Shown here: positions 38,870-48,128 of the stretch, one piece after another
Layout of the letters: every line of letters begins with the position of its first letter
How positions within the stretch are numbered: position 1 is the first letter of the stretch
Assembly (NCBI GenBank): GCA_013265495.1
Contig: MU058065.1
Span: forward strand, 1,013,527-1,077,526
Reading direction: 5' to 3'
Source: Vicugna vicugna
Taxonomy: Eukaryota
DNA: 64,000 bases
Program-made: the position numbers and the translations under genes
The notes under the pieces: model-generated
The model's database searches: none
What the model was told of the DNA's origin: nothing
The model's input: only the letters and a program-made list of their open reading frames with translations

Positions 38870-40590
38870 TTGTGCTCATCTTCAAGGAAACTTCTTAAAG
38901 AGCACTTTACACTCGTTCTCTCTACTTTGACATTTTTCTTTCATTCTGCTACACACTGTGACATGAATTTAGTCCCATCACTCTGCTAAAACTGCTTTTG
39001 CTAGAATTGCCCAGTGTCTTTTAGTTGGCAAATTTAGAAGACATGGTTAAGCCATTTGATAACCCTTTGATAACTCTCTTATGTATATCTTCAGTTCTCT
39101 TGGCTTCTCTGATGGTGTGTTCTGTCTTATGCCACTCCTGTGTTAGTCACACCTTCTCCTCCTCCATGTGTCCCTTACATGCTGGTTGTCCCCAAGGTTC
39201 CACCCTCATAACTCTTCTTCTCATTCTACATCTATCCTCCAGGATTCAACTAGCAATCATCTGATGGCAACTGGCTCCTAAGTAGTGATCACAAGCCTGG
39301 ACCATTCTCCTGAGCTTTAGACTCAGTTACCCAACTGCCTGCTGGATGACTCCATCTAGATGCCCCCTGGATCATACAAATTTAGCATTTCAGATACTGG
39401 ACTGACACCATGTCTTACTAAACCAATGGTTCCTTCCGACCTGCCAACCATCCAAGCTAGAAACTTACCTGTATGTTTCTTTCATGGCTACTCCTCAAAT
39501 CCATCAATCTGCAAGTTCTACAGATACTATTTCTGCATGGTTTGCCCTCCCTTCTGTTGCCCTTTGTATCATGTCTATCTCAGCCATTCTGGTTTGAGCT
39601 CTCATCGTCACCCTTGACTTATTGCAACTTGTCTCCTTGCTTCTGTCCTTGGCTCCCCAAAATACAAGCTCCATATACTGTCAAAGTGACCTCTTTCAAA
39701 TACAAATCTGATCAAGTGTTTTGGGTTTTTTTGTTTTGCTTTTTTGGGAAAATAGACACCATAACCATTCTGTAAGGCATGTATGGAAGCATGTAGTAAA
39801 TTAAGATGACTTAAGAGTGATACCCACTTGCCACGTTCAGAACCATGTTATTTCAGAGAACCGATGTGACAGCCATTCTGGAATGCATGTAGAGAAATGT
39901 TTAAAAACACATGTATATAAAAAATATGTATATAAAAGCCTGCTTGCTTCGTTGAGAACAGTGTTATTTCAGGGAATGGATATGATCATCAATCTCTAAT
40001 GCACATAGAGAAGTGTTTAAAGACAAAAACAAACAAACAAAAAAGAAAATCTGTTCATAATGTGACCCTGACTAAAATCTTTCCAGAAGCCTCCTGTTAC
40101 CCACAGAAATACGTCTAAGCTCCTTATGACCCACAAGTTTCCCTACCATCTCTCTTCCCACCTCGCTAACTTTTTCACTTCCCACCTGCACACTGTATTC
40201 AAGAAACGTCAATAAACTGGCGGTAGATTCCTCCTCTCCACTCCACCTCCAACAACAGTGCAGTTTTCTGTAGCTGTGTTCTCTGATCTCACCTCCTTTG
40301 AATACCCTTGTATCGCATCTTTGATTGAGGAATCCTTGCCTCCATCTTGGTTCCTCAAATTTAAGTACCCTCTGAAGCCTCCCCCATGCAAATCCTCACC
40401 CTAGGTTGGACATGGTCATCTCTGCACTGATGCTGTGTTAGAGCATTTTTCTGTGTATCTGCTCTTCTCAAAGGGCCCTGAGTTCTTTAATTGCAGGGTC
40501 TAAGTTTTGTTTTTTGGTTTTTGGTTTTTTTAATTTCCATTTGGTGCCTCCAGCACTCAGCATATTGCTCAGTAGATATTTAATTAATTC
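38870..40590 (+). mobile_element. Long L2 fragment, interrupted at 39715-40046 by an unclassified insert
   Basis: ccattctcctgagctttagactcagttacccaactgcctgctggatgactccatctagatg...aaatctgatca | aaatctttccagaagcctcc...ccagcactcagcatattgctcagtagatatt. Confidence 0.7.
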
Positions 40591-41346
40591 ACGTATTGAG
40601 TAGTTTTCCCAACTCCTCTGGCATCTTTCAGATGTGTGTAGGAAATGCCATATTCCGAATAGAACAAGGGGACCATGAGTGTTATTAATGCCTTAAAGTG
40701 GCACAGAGCTGTGGTATTTTCCAAAATCTGATTCTCTAACAATCACAAGTGGTAAAATTCACCACAGCTTGAAAGTTTAATTCAAATACAGCATCTCTGA
40801 GAAAGACTATGGTAAAAAATGACAGAAATGGTTCAGAGAATCTGTATTTTGTTTTCTTTGCATGTAGGTTCAAACACTCATCAACTCTCAGCAGTGTAAT
40901 AAGACGCATGTCACACTTCAGTTCCCTAATATTTGAATCTGTGGGGCAGAGATAGAATAGTTTGTAATACAGTAAGCAGCTGGGAGAGGGATCTGAGAAG
41001 CCCAGCTTGGAGCCCTGGCCATTGTGGCCTTATGGCTGCTGACCCAGGACGTTGAGCCCCTGGTTTCTCCTCCTGGAGTTTCATTTTACTTAACGACAAA
41101 ATGGAGATAATACCAGCGTTGCCTAATTTTCCCAAAGTGTGAAGGATCTAATAATATCCTACATTTTAGAATATTTTAAAAAACTAAACAGTGCCACACA
41201 TGTCAAAAGTAGTATTTTTTTTCAACTGTAGCATTTTGTCCTTTATGAATTTATTTAGTCTTTATGCATTTGTGTTAGGTAATCGCTGAGGGACTACGTA
41301 TACGAATGGAAAACTGCCAGACCACAGATAAAAATAGAATTCTAGA

Positions 41347-41435
41347 GGGGAGAGTGTAGCTCAGCGGCAGAGTGCATGCTTAGTGTGCACGAGGTCCTGG
41401 GTTCAATCCCCAGTATCTCCATTTAAAAATTTTTT
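41347..41435 (+). mobile_element. Camelid tRNA-Ala-derived SINE (Vic-1 type), short form, inserted in an LTR
   Basis: A box TAGCTCAGCGG 41357-41367, B box GTTCAATCC 41401-41409. TSD aaaatagaattcta (41331-41344) / aaagtagaattcta (41436-41449). Confidence 0.92.
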
Positions 41436-41739
41436 AAAGTAGAATTCTAACCCAGTATCCACAGTAGCCAGCCCAGGAAGCCAACCTACTATCTATAAGT
41501 CAGACTTACAGGAATTCAGACCACTATCTCTAGCAACCAATCCAGGAAGCCAAACAATATTCTGTGTAACAGTTGGCCCAAAGCAGCCAGGATGTAATTA
41601 ATCACCGACAGCTCCCCTAAGTTTTGGCCCTGTTTTTAACACAGGACCAAGCACAAGAGAAAGTCAAATATTCCTCTAACCAATGACACAGGATGCCCTG
41701 CTTGTTAGGCTGCCTGTAGCTTCCCTTTGCCAACAGCCT

Positions 41740-41752
41740 CCACTAGGGGGCG
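41740..41752 (+). promoter_or_regulatory. Candidate CTCF core motif inside the MER90-like LTR
   Basis: CCACTAGGGGGCG, a consensus match; motif only. Confidence 0.5.
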
Positions 41753-42435
41753 TATATGAAGCCTTCCTTCTCTCCCCACTGTATGAAGCTATCCCACTCT
41801 TCCTGCCTTGAGTCCCTGACAAGTGGAAGTGATGGTGGCTGACTGCCTGGCTACAGCAAGGTCTGAATTAATAGCCCCATGTGCCCTCATTTGTTTCGTC
41901 TTCATTTATTTTCACATTGCTGTGGTCCCTTCCAGCTCCAAGATGCTATGCAGTTGTGCAAATTCATGTCAAAAATACAAGTCCACGAGACAGAACTTAA
42001 GCCGGGAGGGCAATACCACAGTAACACCCTCAGAAGGATCCCTGGGTACATAAGCTGAAGTCCCATTTATGCTGAAATCAAATATAAGAAGTCAAAATAT
42101 TTTTAAACTAACACATTCCAGCAAATAATTACCACAAGACAATTTAACCAACACTTGCTTTTCTGTGCCCTGAGTCAAATGGAATCAAATCAGTATCAGA
42201 AAAGAACATCAGAGACTATTTCCAAGCTGTTTATTCACAGTTTCAAAGAAAATGTAACTCTGGCTTCCACATGTCACAGCCTCAGAGCCTAATGACCCAT
42301 CTGTTTCACCGCACCTTCTCTTCCAGATTTAAAACGAACCATTGGGATGTTTGCTTGATTATCAACCTCTACAGTTTCTTCCACTGCCATCATTAAGCAG
42401 TTACTGTTTCTCTTTTCCCTTCCCTCTGTCTCTCC

Positions 42436-42436
42436 C

Positions 42437-42474
<38 letters not shown>
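42436..42474. repeat. (CT)n(CA)n compound microsatellite
   Basis: ctctctctctctctctctctctcacacacacacacacac. Confidence 0.9.
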
Positions 42475-42982
42475 CCAGTGTCTTTTACCACTGGAATTGA
42501 AACTACCCAAACTGAAAAGAAAAAAAAAAAAGGCTCTAACTTAATACTGGGTCCAAAACTGTTCCTGCAGGTTTGGACAAGATTTGAAATATGAGAGGCA
42601 CCCCCACCAACCTCATTTCTTTGTTCTTATTCAAATTACCTGCATACACAAACCAAGGAAGTGTCATTCAGGTCCCAAACCTCAACTAAATAAAAGCCCA
42701 ATACAGTTTTGGGAACAAAAAGGAGTCTTTTTTTCTTTCTTTCTTTCTGCTTTGTTTTCAAGTCCCACAGGTTAGTCTTCAGTGAATTTTGGCAGGTGTA
42801 TCTAGAGAAACCTGAACAAAAGGTTTGAAGAAATCATGCTACTCAGACTTGTAGCTTAACTTCTGCCTCCTAAAAGAAGGCAGAGCTGAAAAATCTGTAA
42901 GAAAATCATAAACGTATTATTTTATTGGAGAATAAGCCTGGTTTCCCATGTATATTCAAGAACAGCTTCCTACAAAATGCGT

Positions 42983-43146
42983 TTTCTAATCAAAATAAAT
43001 ATGAAAACCTTCAAAACAGCTGTTGAAAAGAGGCCTGGAAAGTGGACAACTAGACTAAGAAATATTTCTAATCAAAATAAATATGAAAATCTTCAAAATA
43101 GCTGTTGAAAAGAGGCCTAGAAAGTGGACAATTAGACTAAGAAATA
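42983..43146. repeat. 82-bp tandem duplication (78/82 identical)
   Basis: tttctaatcaaaataaatatgaaaa(c/t)cttcaaaa(c/t)agctgttgaaaagaggcct(g/a)gaaagtggacaa(c/t)tagactaagaaata, twice. Confidence 0.95.
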
Positions 43147-43778
43147 TATACAATAAGAACTCTTGAAAGCGCAGAGAAACCTATTCAGAGGAGTAAGGAT
43201 GTACTTAGCCATATTCACATATGTCAATGTTTTTTCTTAAAGCCTGTTGAAAATAAAATTGATTTTAGTAGCATCAACTTTCCTGAACAAGAATAATTTT
43301 AGGTACTGTGGGAAATTTTTACGTGGAATTGAAGTTCTTTCGATGTTCACAGTTAAGACCTAGCATGTGACACAGGGCCAACTACACAGAAATTGCTCAT
43401 CCTCTATTCATCAAATGTTGACTATTGATCTAAATATGATTCTCGCATTGAAATCTTATCTTGCTGTGAGAAAAAAAAAACATATAATTGCATTACATTT
43501 GCCTTTCAGATTGTGTGTTTTGCTTATCATTGTCTTAGACATCTTACAGTGTTTAAGTTGAAGAAGAATAAATAAGGACAAAAGATCAGGAGTCATCTTT
43601 TCATGACCAAAATATTCTCTACAGGATTCCAAACCACCAGACTTCACGCTGCTAACTCTGAAGTCCCTTCTCAAAGTTCTCCCATCTCCAGCCTGCTTAT
43701 GCTGCTTCTGAGTCTACATCTGTCTCTCCAGCTTCTAACTCAATCTTCTCTCCTTCCTTGTCCTGGGCCACCTGCAAC

Positions 43779-44387
43779 TGAGGCAAGAAGGAAGTGGGCA
43801 GGGTGCAGCCATTCAAGGAATGACACAGCAATTAACACCAAGATGGCGGGAGATTCAACTCCCCAGTAGGCCTTGAGGCCCAAGATGGGGGATGATGTGA
43901 CTTCCAGTAGACCTTGAGCTTCATTACATGCTCACTGTAATATATTAACATGGTAAATGGCGCCATGACAGTTCCAAGGCTGACCTTGAAAGGTCAAAAA
44001 GTTGGCGATGGCCCAGTTCCTGAGAATCCCAGCCAAGCCCCCTTCCCCAGAGTAGTTGGAATAATCCTCCCCTTTGTTAGCATATGAAGTTGCTGAGGTC
44101 ATAAAAACTTACAACCCTCACACCCCGTGGCCACTCTCCTTTCTGAGTGCAACAGACCTTACTTTGTCTATGGAGTGAGGAACTACTTTTACTTTAAACT
44201 AAACAGTCTGCACTCTGTCTAGAAGTACGTGACTCACTGAATAAACCTACCTTTACTCAACTGTGGCTCGCTCTTAAATTCTTTTCTGTGCAAAGCTAAG
44301 GGCCCACACTTGGCGGGGCATGTTCCAGCGACTCACGCGAGACCCGAGTCTCAGCCATCCTCTCGTCCCACATTTATTCCTGTATCA
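43779..44387 (+). mobile_element. ERV1-type solo LTR (609 bp)
   Basis: TGAGGC...TATCA ends with perfect 4-bp TSD CAAC (43775-43778 / 44388-44391); internal cataaaaac and aataaa in plus orientation. Confidence 0.88.
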
Positions 44388-45246
44388 CAACCACTTGGCT
44401 CCCCAGGTGTCATGGTTTACACCATCAGATCTGCTGCCCACCCAGATACTGAGTTTTCCAGAATCTTTGATCCACTTTTCCTCATCAACATTCACTCTCT
44501 CAACAGTGAAACAGTGACTCATTCTTATAATGATTCTTATCAATCTCCATGACCTAAAAATCCCTCTCAAGCTCTAGAGACAAAGAAAACAATTTGCACT
44601 GATGGAACTTTGCATATGGCTGTCTGGGGAACCACACCAACTTACAACTGACAGTATGATCCTCTCTCCAAACTTGTTCTCTTTTTTTTGACTGGAAAGA
44701 TCATGTAATTATTGATTAATACGTCTAGCCTCCCCACCAGATCATAAGCTTCTTAAGACTAATGACTACATCCTTCATGTTGGTACCAAAATCTGATAGC
44801 GTCCTCAGTGGAAATCAGCAGGATGAGTGGATGCATATTGCTTCTTCCCGCAGGACAGTGAGCTTATTAGATTTTGCTCCAGAATGTAACCATATCTTTG
44901 ACCATGACTCATAGCCTTGCCTCCTGCCTCTCCAATCTAACTAGCTCATGGATCATGGCATGAACCAATAACCTTCACTGACAAACGTGAGTTAATTACT
45001 GTACCCAAAATTAATTTTTTGTTAACCCATACATGTTTCTAATTGACTTGCTAATGATAGACCAGATAACAAGTGATATGTCTGAGAAAATGAATATTAT
45101 TTGGAAATATGACCAGTAACATGGGGTTTTTTGGGGGGGAAGGGAGACACATAAGATTCCATTTTCCTTTTTTTTTTTAAAGTATTTAAAAGCATTAATT
45201 TACCTTGTCATTTAATTGCTTCTAGGAACATCTACATGACTCAGAT

Positions 45247-45724
45247 TGTAATGGAGAAGGACCCTGTGGGGCCTTCCAGGGGTCAGCCCCTCCCCAGTAC
45301 CCTCTGCTGGAGCTCCTCTCTGAAGTGCTCAGATAATAGTATCTCATGTATATTTCCTGAGTGTTTCAGATGCTAAAAACCGCCACCACAAGGAAGGAAT
45401 TAACTACTTGATGATGGAGAGCACATGGCCCCAGACCTTCTGGCGCCTGCGGGTTGATAGTGTTGACCTCCCTGTTACCTAAACATCAACCAATCAAGAG
45501 TTGTGCACGAGCTGATCAGGTACCCTGTGACAAGCCCCCACTCCCCTCATCTGGCCTTTGAATATGATTTGCTGAAACCCTTCGGCGAGCTCGCAATTTT
45601 CTTGGGCATGAGCCGCCCTGTCCTGCTTGCTCAGCCCTGCGGTAAACTCTCTGCTCTAAACTGCAACATTTCCATTTGTTTGGCCTCATGGTGCATCAGG
45701 CACATGAACTTGTATTTTGCAACA
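45247..45724 (+). mobile_element. ERV1-type solo LTR (478 bp)
   Basis: TGTAA...AACA ends, TSD agat/ggat (3/4), ccaatca box, tttgctgaaacccttcggcgag R-region motif. Confidence 0.82.
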
Positions 45725-46012
45725 GGATGACTCAGACAGAGGGTTTTGTATTTGTGGTTTGTGACTGCTGTTGATCTCAACGTTTCACACTCTCACGTAA
45801 GGATCCCTTGGTTACAAAATACGGACTTAATTTTGCCTGGCAATATAGGGACCACAGCTCATGCCGCTGATGAGAATTCGAGCTTCCTGTGAAAACAAAG
45901 AATGCTTCAGAATTGTCCCCTCATATTGGTGTAATCATCAAGACCAAAGTCTCTCTATTCTGTTCCAGCGGCTGGACCATGGAAATAATGAAAGATGATC
46001 AAGGCAGGTAAA

Positions 46013-46130
46013 TTAGGCAGAAAAGACAAGACATTTGAACTCTAAAGGAGGCACTGCACAAAACTGCATTGTCAGGCAGAAAAGACAAGACATTTGAACT
46101 CTAAAGGAGGCACTGCACAAAACTGCATTG
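46013..46130. repeat. 59-bp tandem duplication (58/59 identical)
   Basis: 46013-46071 vs 46072-46130; the core aggcagaaaagacaagacatttgaactctaaaggaggcactgcacaaaactgcattg is identical. Confidence 0.97.
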
Positions 46131-47052
46131 AAAGGGCACCAGGGAGCAGGGGCAGTTTTTACATTTTTTAATGATTGCTTCTGTCTCGTGTGAACTCTGT
46201 CATTTGAGGTCAGTATTGTCCATTCCAACATCTCAGGGATGCCTTCTCATCAAATAAATACAGAGAAAGAACAACGGCTCAGGCGTCTAGAGAGTCCATG
46301 ATTAGATTCAATCAGCAGATTTTAGGGCTGAAAATGACCTTGGAAATTGCAATCACAGAAGCTCATCAAAAGCAAGGTGTGAGTGTACGTCTGTGGATGG
46401 TCATCCCACCTTCGGGAGGATAGTCCCACGGAGCGAAGGTCTGTATCTCATGGAGAAGCTTGACTCAACTGAGAACATATTTAGTTGCTAGAAAGCCCTT
46501 ATACAGAGCTCTCGTTGGCCTCCCTCCAAGCGCCACCATGTGTTGGTTGTTGGTAGTCCTGTTTCCGGAACAACTCAAAACTAGTCTATTTCTGTTTTTA
46601 AGTAAACACCCTTTAGAATCCAGAGTGAGGGAGTCTGTCTCCCCTTGGTCACATCATCTTCAGAATACAAATCGCTCTCTCCATCACCCTGGCCTGGACA
46701 CTAATTGCATGTCATGGTGCCTTTTTAAAACTGTGATGTCTGGAGCCAATCAGAGCCAGACACGCTGGCGTGGGTTACCTCCGAGTCCAGGTGGGTGCTG
46801 GGGTCCTCAACTTGTACTTCTCTTACTCCATCTCCCGAGGCCCCAGGGAGGAGAGGGCACAGGCTTTCCCATCTGCACAGTGAAAGGGCACCAGGGAGCA
46901 GGGGCAGTTTTTACATTTTTTAATGATTGCTTCTGTCTCGTGTGAACTCTGTCATTTGAGGTCAGTATTGTCCATTCCAACATCTCAGGGATGCCTTCTC
47001 ATCAAATAAATACAGTGAAAGAACAACGGCTCAGGCGTCTAGAGAGTCCATG
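46129..47052. repeat. 172-bp direct repeat (46129-46300 and 46881-47052; 171/172 identical) flanking a 580-bp unique segment
   Basis: Read base by base; the only difference is cagagaaag vs cagtgaaag. Confidence 0.97.
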
Positions 47053-47703
47053 GTTTTAAATAAAATAAGAAAGAAAATCCAGGTTTGTGTTAAGAAGGCA
47101 AAGAAAGTGAAATCTTGTTGTAAATAAAATAGATGAGGCACATTATTTAATAAATAATAAAATAGACGAGGCACATTGAAGCGGAACAGACTATGCAAAG
47201 AATCCTAATCGTTTTACAGCTGTAAAAACTGCTCAGAGCTTTTACACAACTTGCTCCAGGTCACACAAGTGGCCATTAGTAAAGATCTGACAGTTTCCCT
47301 GACCACCGCCCAGCGTGTACCTCTCACCATTAGACACGGGAACCCACATACTGACTTAGATTCAAAAGTTATTTTTCATGGTTGCAAACAATGACACTTA
47401 TTCATAGGGCCAGAATAATAAATAGAATTTTCAAGGCCGTGCTTTTAAAAACTCTCAACCAAATGTCCACAGGATTTAATTTCTCCGTTTTTATCATGGT
47501 GTGTGAGGATTTTAGAGATATTGCCAAATTCTCCCTATCTAAAAAATCTTCATTGAAGTCAGCGGGCATAGCTCAAACGCTGACACATTTTAGTCACACT
47601 CTATTAAAGAAATTCTAGCATTGCAGGGCAATGAGAGACCATACGATTAAGGAATGCAGTCTGTATTTTTGTTTGTTCTCGTAATGCAGAAACCAAGAGG
47701 ACC

Positions 47704-48128
47704 TGTGGGCAAAGACTAGCTAGATGCTGACCAATGCTGTTTGTTCTCTCTGAGCACCCAGGAAAGTCATACTTCCCAGCATTCCTTGCAGTCAGGGAGA
47801 GCCACATAACTGAGTCGTGGCTGTCAGAATGTGGGTGGAAGTGACGTATGCCACCTCCAGGTGTGGTCATAAAACTTCGCACAAAACCCTCATCTTCTTC
47901 CATCCCTGTCCTGCTGGCTGGGAGTGTTTGAGGTCCTAGGTGCTAGAAGAGCCATGAGATGGAAAATCTCCCATAACTAGGTGGAGAAAAGCCCATTTTC
48001 TGCTGGAGCCATGAATTCATTGTCACATATCTGTGATGTATGTTATGGACATGAACGAGATGTAAGTCACACTGTATTAAGCCGGGGAGGTTGAGTTGTT
48101 TGCTATGGTAGCTGGACTACTTTTACAC
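47704..48128 (+). mobile_element. MLT1 (ERVL-MaLR) LTR
   Basis: tgtgggcaaagactag...tacttcccagcattccttgcagtcagg...gaatgtgggtggaagtgacgtatgccacctccagg. Confidence 0.72.

Larger units (their letters stand above)
41301..41916 (+). mobile_element. ERV1 LTR, MER90-like, interrupted by the Vic-1 SINE
   Basis: Repeated caggaagcca motifs, ataagtcagacttacagga, ctaaccaatgacacaggatgcc, aagtgatggtggctgact, ending ttcatttattttcaca; resembles the recalled MER90 consensus. Confidence 0.7.

Noticed and set aside
39461-39680. Perfect minus-strand donor CAG|GTAAGT at 39469 (L2-derived cryptic exon)
   Set aside because: Only weak acceptors upstream; isolated consensus donors are expected by chance.
41347-41421. 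tRNA-Ala-like sequence as a real tRNA gene
   Set aside because: It has an A-rich tail and TSD, extra 5' bases and an altered anticodon loop (AGT rather than AGC); it is a SINE.
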